Below are positions 38,608 to 48,414 of a DNA stretch of 64,000 bases, piece by piece (positions within the stretch are counted from its first letter, which is position 1; each line of letters starts with the position of its first letter). The position numbers and the translations under genes are program-made. The notes below the pieces were generated by a model. That model was not told the DNA's origin and did no database searches. It worked only from the letters and a program-made list of their open reading frames with translations. The DNA is from Spirochaetia bacterium. Lineage in GTDB: Bacteria; Spirochaetota; Spirochaetia; SZUA-6; Bin103. Location: positions 2,880,001-2,944,000 of the forward strand of contig OZ241863.1 of the NCBI GenBank assembly GCA_965203055.1, read 5' to 3'.

Positions 38608-39596
38608 CGACGCGCCTCCGCGAAGCGGATGCGGGGGTCCACCAGCATCAACAGCAGGTCGGAGACGAAGGTGCCGATGATGGTGAGGCTGTTCAGAAAC
38701 AGCAGCAAGGTGGACGCCAGGAACATGTCTTCGAACAGCAGCGCCCGGTAGAGCAGGGGACCGGTGGTGGGCAGCGACAGCACCAGCGCGGTGATCACCG
38801 AGCCGGAGACGATCTCAGGCAGCACCCAGCCGATGGTGCTCACCATCGGGTTGACCGCGATGCGCGCCGGGTACTTGAACAGCAAGTCGCGTTCGCCGAC
38901 GCCCTTGGCGCGCGCCGTTACCACGTACTGCTGCTTCAGCTCGTCGAGCAGGATGCCGCGCATGATGCGAATCAGCGCCGCGGTGCCGGCCGTGCCGACG
39001 ATGATGATCGGCAACGGCAGGTGCAGCATCAGATCCCACACCTTGCCCAGGCTCCAGGGCGCGTTCTGGTACTCCGCCGAAAACAGGCCGCCGACGCTGA
39101 ACCCGCGCCGCAGCAGGAAGTACATCAGGATCAGGGCGAGCAGGAAGTTGGGGGTGGCCAGGCCCACGAAGCCCACCGACATGAACGCGTAGTCGCCGGC
39201 CGAGTACTGGTGGGTGGCCGAGTAGACGCCGATGGGAATGGCCAGGGCGTAGGTGAAGATCAGGGTCGACAACGACAAGGCAATGGTGAGGCCCAGCCGC
39301 TCGCCGATCAGCGCGCGCACCGGGCGGTTGAACTGGAAGGAGTATCCGAAGTCGCCTCTGAGGATGTTGCCGAACCAGAGCAGGTACTGGACGTGCATGG
39401 GCCGGTCGAGGCCGAACCGGCGCCGGAGATTGGCCAGATCGTCGGCGTTCACCTCCTCGCCCTGGCGCGCCAACTGCGACGCGTAGGAGGAAACGAAGTC
39501 GCCCTCGGGAAGCTGGATGATTACGAACGCAACCACCGTGATGATCCACAGCAGAATCAGCATGTAGAGCATGCGGCGAACCAGATAGGAGGCCAT
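38604..39596 (-). CDS. Peptide/sugar ABC permease (OppB/DppB type)
   Basis: FGLDRP, GDFGYS, TARAKG, VDPRIR. Confidence 0.95.
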   Translation of the reverse strand: MASYLVRRMLYMLILLWIITVVAFVIIQLPEGDFVSSYASQLARQGEEVNADDLANLRRRFGLDRPMHVQYLLWFGNILRGDFGYSFQFNRPVRALIGERLGLTIALSLSTLIFTYALAIPIGVYSATHQYSAGDYAFMSVGFVGLATPNFLLALILMYFLLRRGFSVGGLFSAEYQNAPWSLGKVWDLMLHLPLPIIIVGTAGTAALIRIMRGILLDELKQQYVVTARAKGVGERDLLFKYPARIAVNPMVSTIGWVLPEIVSGSVITALVLSLPTTGPLLYRALLFEDMFLASTLLLFLNSLTIIGTFVSDLLLMLVDPRIRFAEARR

Positions 39597-39686
39597 CGAC
39601 GGTGGCCCACTATCGCAGGGGGTACCGTTGCAGTCAAACGCGGACCGCCGCGGCGCCGCGCCCGCCACGCCGAACCGGCGCGCGGC

Positions 39687-39715
39687 TTGACAGCGCGGCG
39701 GCGCCGAATCAGCAT
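39687..39715 (+). promoter_or_regulatory. Sigma70-type promoter of the SBP gene
   Basis: TTGACA-17 bp-CAGCAT; GAGGAGG RBS follows. Confidence 0.5.
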
Positions 39716-39740
39716 AGGGTTCACTCAAGAGGAGGATCCG

Positions 39741-41765
39741 ATGAAATCGATCTTGACGGGAAGCGTCCTGCTCCTGTGCGGCGCGGCGCTGGCGCTGGCG
39801 AGCGGGGACACCGAAGGGGCCGCGGGGGCCGGCGCCGCGGACGCCGGCATGGCCGTTGGCGGCGAGCCCTACGTGGACCACATCTTTGCCGATCCGGCGG
39901 CCTACGAGGCCGCCACCGGCAACCGCATCGAGGGCTTCGGCGAAGCGCCCGTCCTGGCGGCGCTGGTGGCCGAAGGCGCGCTGCCGCCGGTGGAGGAACG
40001 GCTGCCGGTTGACGTCCAGGTGGTGCGGCCGCGCGACGAGATCGGCAGCTACGGCGGAATCATGCGCGGCGCCGGCAGTTCCGAGGAGCCGGGCTCGGCC
40101 ATCGAGTCGAGCAACCAGAGCATGGGGGCCTATCCCCCCGATACGCAGGCCATCTACCCCAACCTGATCAAGGCGTGGGAGGCGGCCGACGACTTCACCT
40201 CCCTCAGCATTACGTTGCGCGCCGGCATGAAGTGGTCGGACGGCTCAGCGGTGACCGTCGACGACTTCCGCTTCTGGTATGAGGACGTGCTGCTCAACCC
40301 GGAGATCACGCCGCGCGTCAACAGCCGCTGGCGCCCGGGCGGGGAGGTGATGGCGATGACGGTGGTGGACGACGCCACCATCCGCTATTCGTTCGCCGCC
40401 CCGTTCTACAGCGTGTTCGAAAGCTGGGCCTTCCAGCGCCCGGTGCTCCCCAAGGAGTACCTCAAGCAGTGGCACGCGGCCCACAATCCGCAGGCCGATG
40501 CCAAGGCCAGGGAAGAGGGGTTCGATAGCTGGTGGAAGGCGTTCCAGGATCACGAGGGCGGCGCCGTCGGCAAGCGCTCGGATCCCGACCGGCCCTCGCT
40601 GCATCCGTGGAACGTGACCGAAATCGGTCCGGCGTCGCGGCTCTACGAGCGCAATCCCTACTACTTCAAGGTGGACGTGGCCGGCAATCAGCTTCCGTAC
40701 CTCGACGCGGTGCAGATCACCCAGTTCTCGCAGCCGAACCAGACCATTCCATTGCGCGCCATGTCGGGCGAGATCGACCTGCAGACCGACCACCTGGCGA
40801 TGGCCGACTTTCCGGTCTACAAGGAGAACGAGGCAACCGGCGACTACCAGGTGTATCTGTTCCCGTTCCTGTCGAAGGGCTTCGCCGCGGGCGTGGCATT
40901 GAACTACACCCACAAGGACCCGGTGCTGCGCGAGATCTTCAATGATATTCGGTTCCGGCAGGCGTTGTCGCTGGCCATCGACCGCGACGACATCACCAAT
41001 ACGTTCTTCTTCGGCCGCACCGTGCCGCACGTGGCGCCGGTGCCGCCCACCTGGACCGGCTTCGAGGATTGGATGCGCACCTACTACGCCGAGTTCGACC
41101 CGGAGCGGGCGAACGCGTTGCTCGACGAGATGGGCCTGCAGTGGGACGGCAACGGGCAGTGGCGCCTGCGTCCCGACGGGGAGATCGTGGAGTTCGAGGG
41201 GATGTGGGTCGCCGAGTGGTTCTCCTACTTCGAGGGCCTGGTGCAGATGCTGAGCAAGCAATGGGAAGCGGTCGGCGTGAAGATGAATCCCAAGTTCGTG
41301 GTCGAGGAAGCCGCGGCCAACATCGCGATCGACAACGACCAGGACGCGCTGATCGGCGGCAACGCCACCTCCACCGAGTTCCGCGCCCGCGGGGCGGAAC
41401 CGGTGACCCTGCGCCCGGCCTGGCACTGGTATAGCTGCTGCGCCCTGGCGGCGGCGCCCTGGCGGTTGTGGCACGACACCGACGGCGCCGAAGGCATCGA
41501 ACCCCCGCAGGAGATCAAGGACCTGTTCACGATCTCCGAGGAGTGGCGCAACACGCCGCGCGGCACCGACCGCTACGCCGAGCTGTCGCATCAGATGATC
41601 AGGATGAACGTCGAAAACCTGTACTTCTTCGGCACCGTCAGCATTCCGCCGAAGGTGGTGCTGGTGAGTGATCGTCTGGGTAACATGCAGCGCGAAGGCG
41701 GGTTCGTGCAGACGCTGCCCAACTTCGGGCCGCACATGCTCGACACCCTGTTCATTCGCCGCTAG
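39741..41765 (+). CDS. ABC substrate-binding protein, family 5
   Basis: Signal peptide; LPPVEERLP, KWSDG, RNPYYFKVD..GNQLPY, RFRQALSLAIDR. Confidence 0.95.
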   Translation: MKSILTGSVLLLCGAALALASGDTEGAAGAGAADAGMAVGGEPYVDHIFADPAAYEAATGNRIEGFGEAPVLAALVAEGALPPVEERLPVDVQVVRPRDEIGSYGGIMRGAGSSEEPGSAIESSNQSMGAYPPDTQAIYPNLIKAWEAADDFTSLSITLRAGMKWSDGSAVTVDDFRFWYEDVLLNPEITPRVNSRWRPGGEVMAMTVVDDATIRYSFAAPFYSVFESWAFQRPVLPKEYLKQWHAAHNPQADAKAREEGFDSWWKAFQDHEGGAVGKRSDPDRPSLHPWNVTEIGPASRLYERNPYYFKVDVAGNQLPYLDAVQITQFSQPNQTIPLRAMSGEIDLQTDHLAMADFPVYKENEATGDYQVYLFPFLSKGFAAGVALNYTHKDPVLREIFNDIRFRQALSLAIDRDDITNTFFFGRTVPHVAPVPPTWTGFEDWMRTYYAEFDPERANALLDEMGLQWDGNGQWRLRPDGEIVEFEGMWVAEWFSYFEGLVQMLSKQWEAVGVKMNPKFVVEEAAANIAIDNDQDALIGGNATSTEFRARGAEPVTLRPAWHWYSCCALAAAPWRLWHDTDGAEGIEPPQEIKDLFTISEEWRNTPRGTDRYAELSHQMIRMNVENLYFFGTVSIPPKVVLVSDRLGNMQREGGFVQTLPNFGPHMLDTLFIRR

Positions 41766-41820
41766 GGGTTCATCCGCCGCTAGGGGTTCATCCGCCGCTA
41801 GGGGTTCATCCGCCGGTAGG
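41751..41820 (+). repeat. 18-bp tandem repeat (about 4 copies) spanning the SBP stop codon
   Basis: TTCATCCGCCGCTAGGGG repeated. Confidence 0.9.
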
Positions 41821-41908
41821 GCGAGGCGCCCGGCGCGGGAGGTTTACTCGGTTATTCGGAGTCTGGCGCGCGGCCGCGACTGCGCGCCAGACTCGTTTGC
41901 CTGGCGGC

Positions 41909-42958
41909 TCAGGCGTACGGGGGGCCGGCCTGCTCCATGGTTGCCCGGTACTGCTTGAGGATCGCGATGACGCGCGCCGCGCGCGGACTGGTCGAGGCGA
42001 CCTCGTCCCAGAACTTCAGGGCCTCCGCCTCCACCTGCTTCCATTCCGCGTCGGGGATGGAGGTAAGTTGCAGCTTGGCGCCGCCGGTGCGGAGCTGCGC
42101 TTCGCCGCCCCAGTACCAGTGCTGGCGGTAGTAGTGCGAGCTGTCCATGCAGACCCGGAACAGCTCCTGCAGGTGCTCGGGCAGCGCGTTCCACGACTCG
42201 GTGTTGGCCAGGAACGAGCCGCACCAGGCGCCGGAGATGTTGTTGGTCAGGAAGTAGTTGGTCACCTCCGCCCAGCCCACGGCGTAGGCCTCGGTGATGC
42301 CCGACCAGGCGAGCCCGTCGAGCGTCCCGCGGCGCAGCGCGGCCTCCACGTCGTCCCACGGCAGGGTGACCGGCACCACGCCGAACCGGGCCAGGAACGT
42401 GCCGGCGGTCGGAATGGTGAACAGGCGCTTGCCCTGCAGGTCGGCCAGGCGGCGGATCGGCTCTACCGTGATGAAGTGGCAGGGGTCCCAGGCGCCGGCG
42501 CTCAACCAGGTCACGCCGTCGATCTCGCCGTAGGCCTCGGCCCAGATTTCCTTCAGCCCGTACCGTTCGAACAGCACCGGCAGGTCCAGGCTGTGGCGCG
42601 CGGCGAACGGGAAGTAGCCGCCGAACACGGCCACGTCGGCCGGCGAGGCCATCGAGTCGTCGTCGCTCTGCACCGCGTCGACGACGCCGTCCTGCAGCGC
42701 GCGGAACAGCTCCGACGTGGGTACGAGTTGGTCGGCCGTGTACAGATCGATCGTCATCTCGCCGCGGGCGATGCCGTTGAAGGCGTCGACGGCCGGCTTC
42801 ACCACGTGCTCCGCCAGCGGCGCGCCGGCGTAGGTCTGCAGGCGCCAGCGGATGGGAGCACCGGCGCGCGCAATCGCCGGCGCGCCGACCGCGGCGGCCG
42901 CGGCAACGGCGCCGAGGCCGGTCTTCTTCAGGAACTCGCGTCGGTCGATACCGCTCAT
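41909..42958 (-). CDS. TRAP transporter substrate-binding protein (DctP type) with Tat signal
   Basis: DRREFLK twin-arginine motif; WRLQTY, DLQGKR, ALRRGTLD. Confidence 0.9.
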   Translation of the reverse strand: MSGIDRREFLKKTGLGAVAAAAAVGAPAIARAGAPIRWRLQTYAGAPLAEHVVKPAVDAFNGIARGEMTIDLYTADQLVPTSELFRALQDGVVDAVQSDDDSMASPADVAVFGGYFPFAARHSLDLPVLFERYGLKEIWAEAYGEIDGVTWLSAGAWDPCHFITVEPIRRLADLQGKRLFTIPTAGTFLARFGVVPVTLPWDDVEAALRRGTLDGLAWSGITEAYAVGWAEVTNYFLTNNISGAWCGSFLANTESWNALPEHLQELFRVCMDSSHYYRQHWYWGGEAQLRTGGAKLQLTSIPDAEWKQVEAEALKFWDEVASTSPRAARVIAILKQYRATMEQAGPPYA

Positions 42959-43097
42959 TTCGTCAGTCACTCCTTGCGGCGACACGTCACCTGCCCCGCC
43001 CGCCGCCCGGCTCCGAGCGTACCACGGGCGCGCCGCGCTGGTCCGCGTGGCCTGTGGGTTTCGCGCCGGGTGAATGGGTTAGGATACGCGCGAGCGT

Positions 43098-45338
43098 ATG
43101 CGCGCCTTCGAGCGGACACCGCGCCGCCGGCACTTTCCCCGCCTGGCGGTGATCGGCTGCGGCGGCGTCGCCGGCGAGCGCCATCTGCCGGCGCTGGCGC
43201 AGCTCGGCTGGCGGCCGCACGTGCTGGTCGACCCCCGGGCGGACCGCGCGGCGGAGCTGGCCCGGCGCTGCCGCGCGCAGCGCGTGGCCACAGACGTAGC
43301 CGAGCTGCAGGCGGGCGAAGTCGAGGCGGCGCTGGTAGCCACCAACGCGGCGTCGCACGCGCGCGTCACCCTGCCGCTGCTCGACCGCGCCGTCCACGTA
43401 TTCGTCGAGAAGCCGCTGGCGGCCTCGCGGGAGGATGCCGAGGCGATGGTGAGCACCGCGGCGGCCAACTCGGTCGGGCTGGCGGTCGGTCACATGCGCC
43501 GCTTCATGTTCGTCAACCGCTGGGTCAAGGCGCTGCTCGACCGCGGCGAGCTGGGGGCCATCACCGGCTTCGACGTCCGGGAGGGGGAGAACTACCACCG
43601 GCCGACCCGCGGCCGCCTGGCGGCGGCCCGGGCCGCCGCCGGGACCGGTCTGTACTCGCCGGCGCTGTGGGACGCGGAGTCGGCCGGCGGCGGCGTGCTG
43701 CTGGACACCGGCTCGCACACGCTCGACACGCTGCTCTGGTGGCTCGGCGAGGCGCGGCTCGTCAGCTACCGCGACGATTCGCTGGGCGGCGTCGAGTGCG
43801 AGGCGCTGCTCGAACTGGAGCTGCGCAACGGCGCGGTGGGCCGCGTGGAATTGAGCCGCTCGCGCACGCTCCGCAACACGGCGATCGTCACCGGCAGCCG
43901 CGGGCAAATCGAGGTGGCGCTGCACCGCAACGCCATCGCCGCCGCCCGCCCCGACCGCCTGACCGCATTCGAGCTCGACGGACGCAGCGGCGCGGAACTG
44001 CCCGAGGAACGCCTGCACGAGGATATGTTCCAGCGGGAGCTGGCGGATTGGCTGCGCGCGCTCCGCAGCGGCCGCGAGCCGTTCGTCAGCGGCGCCTCGG
44101 CCGCGCCCGCGGTCGCCATCATCGACGCTGCCTACCGCAACCGCCGGCCGCTGCGCCGGGCGTGGACCGGCAGCGGCCGCGCGGCGCGTGACGGCCCGTT
44201 ACGCGGCCGGCGGGTGCTAGTCACCGGGGCGAGCGGCTTCATCGGCGGGCGGCTGGTCGAACGACTGGTCCGCGAGCAGGGGGCGTGCGTGCGGGCCGCG
44301 CTGCGCACCTTCCGGCACGCCGCCCGCGTGGCGCGCCTGGCGCCCGCCGCGGTCGAGCTGCGCCGCTTCGACATGGCGCGGCCGGAGGTCCCCGCCGGCG
44401 CGCTCGACCGCCTGGTGGAGGGCTGCGATACGGTGTTTCACCTGGCGCGGGACAGCCGCGCGCCGCACGCCAACGCCGCCGGGGTCCGGGCGCTCGCCGA
44501 AGCTTGCCTGCGGGCCGGGGTGCGCCGGCTGGTGCACGTCAGCTCCCTGTCGGTCTACGAGCCGCTGCCGGACGGCCCGTTGACGGAAGCGAGCCCGATC
44601 GGCCGCCAGTCCGGCAACGACAAGTTCACGGCGCAGCGCGAGCTCACGCGCATGATCCGGGAGCACGGCCTCGACGCGGCGATCATGCAACCGACCATCG
44701 TCTACGGCCCATTCAGCGAACACTGGACGGACCGGCCGGCCGCTCTGCTGGCCGCCGGCGCGGTGGTGTTGCCGGCGCCCGGCGACGGGATCTGCAATGC
44801 CGTCTACGTCGACGACGTGGTCCGGGCGCTCCTCCTTGCCGCGCAGCGCAGCGAGGCGGCGGGCGAATCGTTCCTCATCTCCGGTCCCGAGCACCCGACG
44901 TGGTTCGACTTCTATTGCGCCTGCCAGCGAGCGCTGAACCGGAGCGGCGCCGTCCGCCTGCTGGCATACCGGGAGATAGAGCGCCGCAACCGCCGCGCGG
45001 ACCGGCTGTCGAACCTTCCCACGCCGCAACGCGTGCTCGGCTGCCGGCCGCTGCGCCCGTTGCGCAACGCTCTTCAGCGGGCCGTCTACCGGCGCCTGGG
45101 CGAGCGCGGCAAGGCCGCGGCCAAACGCCTCTACCGGGGGCCGGCCGCAGCCGCCGGGAACTCGACCGCGGGCGGCGAATTCCTGCCGCCGAAGAGGCTG
45201 CTGGAGCTGTACGCGGCCCGCTGTCAGGTGCGGATCGACAAGGCGCGCCGGCTGCTTGGCTACGAACCGGAGTTCGACCTGGAGCGCGGCATGGAGCTCA
45301 CCGCGCGCTATCTGGAGTGGGCGCGCGGCCGCGGGTAG
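43098..45338 (+). CDS. Fusion of Gfo/Idh/MocA oxidoreductase and NAD epimerase/dehydratase
   Basis: IGCGG, EKP, GGGVLLDTGSH; then TGASGFIG, HVSS, PTIVYGP, LLGYEP. Confidence 0.85.
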   Translation: MRAFERTPRRRHFPRLAVIGCGGVAGERHLPALAQLGWRPHVLVDPRADRAAELARRCRAQRVATDVAELQAGEVEAALVATNAASHARVTLPLLDRAVHVFVEKPLAASREDAEAMVSTAAANSVGLAVGHMRRFMFVNRWVKALLDRGELGAITGFDVREGENYHRPTRGRLAAARAAAGTGLYSPALWDAESAGGGVLLDTGSHTLDTLLWWLGEARLVSYRDDSLGGVECEALLELELRNGAVGRVELSRSRTLRNTAIVTGSRGQIEVALHRNAIAAARPDRLTAFELDGRSGAELPEERLHEDMFQRELADWLRALRSGREPFVSGASAAPAVAIIDAAYRNRRPLRRAWTGSGRAARDGPLRGRRVLVTGASGFIGGRLVERLVREQGACVRAALRTFRHAARVARLAPAAVELRRFDMARPEVPAGALDRLVEGCDTVFHLARDSRAPHANAAGVRALAEACLRAGVRRLVHVSSLSVYEPLPDGPLTEASPIGRQSGNDKFTAQRELTRMIREHGLDAAIMQPTIVYGPFSEHWTDRPAALLAAGAVVLPAPGDGICNAVYVDDVVRALLLAAQRSEAAGESFLISGPEHPTWFDFYCACQRALNRSGAVRLLAYREIERRNRRADRLSNLPTPQRVLGCRPLRPLRNALQRAVYRRLGERGKAAAKRLYRGPAAAAGNSTAGGEFLPPKRLLELYAARCQVRIDKARRLLGYEPEFDLERGMELTARYLEWARGRG

Positions 45339-45430
45339 TCGAGCGGACGCCGGGTGGGAGCCGCCGGGCGCAGGCAGCGGCGAGACAGGCCACGGAAATA
45401 CCGGATGAACAAACTTGGGGACCGTTGGCT

Positions 45431-45459
45431 TTGACATGCCGCCTGCGGCAGCCGATACT
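45431..45459 (+). promoter_or_regulatory. Sigma70-type promoter
   Basis: TTGACA-17 bp-GATACT, 11 nt before ATG at 45471. Confidence 0.65.
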
Positions 45460-45470
45460 CCACGACGTAT

Positions 45471-46433
45471 ATGCGTGATTTCGCCGTCCCGTCACTCGCC
45501 GCCGCGGCGCGCGGCGCCGTGGACCGGGGGCTCGACTTTCTCGACGCCGCCCTCCGTCCCGACGGCGCGTGGCCGTCGCTGATGTACTGGAACCTGGAGC
45601 TCGAGGGGTCTGCGGAGGAGGAACTCGCTCCCTTCGTGGCGGGCCTCGGCGCGCTCACCCTGGCGCCCTGCGACGACCCCCGAGCGCACTCGATCCGGCG
45701 CCGGACCGGCGAATTCATCGTCCGGTCGATGAGCTATCCGGGGCTGTGGCGCTACTGGCCGTCGCTGCCGAACGATCTCGACAGTCTCAGCATCTGCTCC
45801 CAGGCGATTCCGTGGCATCCCTGGGTGATGTTCGGCATGAACGTCTCGAAGATGCGGACGGCGCTGGATGACCGGGGCAGGTTCAAGACCTGGTTGACGC
45901 CGCCCAAAGCCGGCGCCCCGGACGTGGACAGCGTGGTGAACGCCAACGTGGTCGGCTACCTCGCCGCGCAGGGCCAGAGTCGACTGGGCGAGCGGGCGGC
46001 GGCGTGGCTCGCCGGTCTGGTGCGGGACGGTACCGCCGCCGGGAGTTCCCACTATTACCCCGACACCGTGGATCTCTACGAGGCGATGGCCCGCGCCCGC
46101 GCCCGCGGCGCGCCCGCGCTGCAGGACCTCGGGCCGGCGCTTGCGGACCGCATCCGCGCCCGGCGCGGGCCGGACGGCGGCTACGGCGACACCTTGCGCA
46201 CCGCGCGCGGGCTGTCCGCTCTGCATATCCTCGGAGCCGCGCCGGCCGGCGCCGAACTGGAGGCCGCGCTGGAACTGATCCTGCGCCGGCAACGTCCCGA
46301 CGGCAGTTGGCCTGCGGCCCGCTTCTGGCAGGGGCCCCTGCCGCCCGAGCCGCCGAGGGTGGGATTCGCATCCCCAATGCTCGACACCGCTTCCTGCATC
46401 GAGGCGCTCGTGCGTTTCGGCAGCGCACCTTGA
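45471..46433 (+). CDS. Prenyltransferase/terpene-cyclase alpha-alpha barrel (QW-repeat) protein
   Basis: RPDGAW, RGPDGGY, RQRPDGSW repeats; NDLDS and DVDSVVNAN. Confidence 0.6.
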   Translation: MRDFAVPSLAAAARGAVDRGLDFLDAALRPDGAWPSLMYWNLELEGSAEEELAPFVAGLGALTLAPCDDPRAHSIRRRTGEFIVRSMSYPGLWRYWPSLPNDLDSLSICSQAIPWHPWVMFGMNVSKMRTALDDRGRFKTWLTPPKAGAPDVDSVVNANVVGYLAAQGQSRLGERAAAWLAGLVRDGTAAGSSHYYPDTVDLYEAMARARARGAPALQDLGPALADRIRARRGPDGGYGDTLRTARGLSALHILGAAPAGAELEAALELILRRQRPDGSWPAARFWQGPLPPEPPRVGFASPMLDTASCIEALVRFGSAP

Positions 46434-46491
46434 GCTAAGCTAAAGCTCAAGCTCAAGGCACGCCGCGCGGCCCGGCAACAGCGCCTCCCCG

Positions 46492-48063
46492 TCACATGCC
46501 CCACACGTCGACCGGGGCCGCGGCGGCGCCGCGCCGGTGGTGGAATATCTTCTCCTCCCAGGTCCGGTGCTCCCGGCAGTCGATCACCACCAAGTGCCCG
46601 GCCTCCGCCGCGCAGCGCGCCGCGTACCCCGCGGTCTGCTCCACCCCCTCGGCGATGGTCCGCTCCAGCCCGTCGCGATCCCGCACCACCTTGCACTCCA
46701 CCACCACCTCCTGCACCCGCTGCGCCAGCGCCTGCTCCCCTACCGGCCACACGATCAGCAGGTCGACCCGCCCCCGCCCCAGCGCGTACTCCCGCTCGAT
46801 CCGCCCGCCCCCGTTCACCACCCGCTGCAGGTACGCCTGCAGCAGCAACTGCGGCCACGCCTCCGCGTAGGCGAAGCGGTCGCGCCAGTGCTCGGAGTGG
46901 CGCCGGAAGAAGCTCTGGAACTCCCCCAGCAGCAGCGCCGCGTCAAGGCTGCCGTCCGCGCGCACGTAGCGCGGCGGCGACAGGTCGAGCGTCTCCTGCG
47001 CCACCCACGACAGCTCGCGCGGCAGCACCTCGGCGTAGATCGGGTTGGCGATGCGCACCGGCTGATTGCGGGCGAGCAGCCCCAGGTCGCGCGCGTAGCC
47101 GAGGTCGCGGTCGCTGATGGCGTAGCGGTCGGCGCCGGTCAGCATCGGCTCGATCACCCGCCGCACGCGCTCCTCGCGCAGCTTGTCGGCCAGGTAGTCG
47201 AGGTGGGTCACCCGATCGACGATCAGTTCCTCGCGGACGGCGGCGACCGCGGCGGCGGTGACCGGAAGCGAACGGTCGCCGCGCAGCGCCTTGTTCTCGA
47301 AGCAGGCGCCGTAGGCCAGCGCGTTGACCAGCCATGGCTGGCCGCAGGTCTGCGTCCACACCGCTTCCAGCGCCTCCGGCGCGAACACCTGCCCGGTCGA
47401 CTCGGTATGCTGGCCGAGCAGGGCCAGCGTCTCGTCACGCGAGAAATCGCCCAGCCGCAATGACTTGGCGGCGATGTTGAACGGGCTGCCGGTTGCGCCG
47501 ATGCGGTAGTCGCGCACGTCGCGCAGGCCGCACAGCACGACGCTCTGCGGGAAGCGCTCCGGACGGTCGGGGTAGCCGGCGCGGAGTTGCTGCAGCACCG
47601 CCAGCAGCGAGTCGCCCACCAGCGTGTCGATCTCATCGATCAGCAGCACCAGCGGGCGCGGCGCCGCCTGCGCCCAGCGCCGCAAGGCGGTGCGCAACGC
47701 CATGTCCGGCCCGAAATCGGCGAGGATCTCGGCCCGGACGCCGGCCAGGAAGCGATCGTCCAACGCCGCGTCCGCTGCTTCCGCCAGCGCGGCGAGCACC
47801 ACGCGCACCGCCCGCGCCACGTCGTCGCGGGCGGTGCGGGCGGTCTCCACGGTGACGTACACGCAGTGGTAGCCGCGTTCGTTCAGCAAGTCGGCCAGCG
47901 CCAGCAGCGCCGAGGTCTTGCCGGTCTGCCGCGGCGCGTGCAGCACGAAGTACTTCTTGTCCCGCACCATGCCGAACACTTCGTCCAGATCGATCCGCGA
48001 CAGCGGCGGGATCAAGTAATGATCGGCCGGCCTGACCGGACCGGCAGTGTTGAATGAACGCAT
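46492..48063 (-). CDS. AAA-like ATPase with PD-(D/E)xK domain, paralogue 3
   Basis: MRSFNTAGP, APRQTGKTS, LLIDEID, EREYALGRGRVD, VECK, VWGM end. Confidence 0.85.
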   Translation of the reverse strand: MRSFNTAGPVRPADHYLIPPLSRIDLDEVFGMVRDKKYFVLHAPRQTGKTSALLALADLLNERGYHCVYVTVETARTARDDVARAVRVVLAALAEAADAALDDRFLAGVRAEILADFGPDMALRTALRRWAQAAPRPLVLLIDEIDTLVGDSLLAVLQQLRAGYPDRPERFPQSVVLCGLRDVRDYRIGATGSPFNIAAKSLRLGDFSRDETLALLGQHTESTGQVFAPEALEAVWTQTCGQPWLVNALAYGACFENKALRGDRSLPVTAAAVAAVREELIVDRVTHLDYLADKLREERVRRVIEPMLTGADRYAISDRDLGYARDLGLLARNQPVRIANPIYAEVLPRELSWVAQETLDLSPPRYVRADGSLDAALLLGEFQSFFRRHSEHWRDRFAYAEAWPQLLLQAYLQRVVNGGGRIEREYALGRGRVDLLIVWPVGEQALAQRVQEVVVECKVVRDRDGLERTIAEGVEQTAGYAARCAAEAGHLVVIDCREHRTWEEKIFHHRRGAAAAPVDVWGM

Positions 48064-48414
48064 GGGCCGGATGAATGTACCACGGGAGAATCGCCTGCGG
48101 CCGAGCTCGACGCCGCCGATGCCGGACACAGGGAACTGTACGGGCCGGGCACGCACGGCCGTGGTGCCGCTGGGGGGAGGGGGGGCATCGGCGGCTAGCG
48201 GACGCCGCCGGCGGGGCGCCAGGCAAGCGTTCCGGTGCCCTGAGCAACCACGTAGCCGCCTGCGGCCGTACGGGCTATCATCAGCCGGAGTTGCCGACCA
48301 ATGGCTGCCGTACACGACCACCACGGCGAAGCCCTGCGCCGCCATCGAAGCAGGCGTCTCGCGCGCACCGCCGCCGCCTGCGGGCGGCAGGCTCCCGTTG
48401 ACTGAGGGGACTAC

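Noticed and set aside
41751..41820. Possible CRISPR array
   Set aside because: Contiguous 18-bp units with no spacers and no cas genes.
46431..46457. AAGCT-type short repeats after a stop codon
   Set aside because: Irregular microsatellite-like stretch with no interpretable role.
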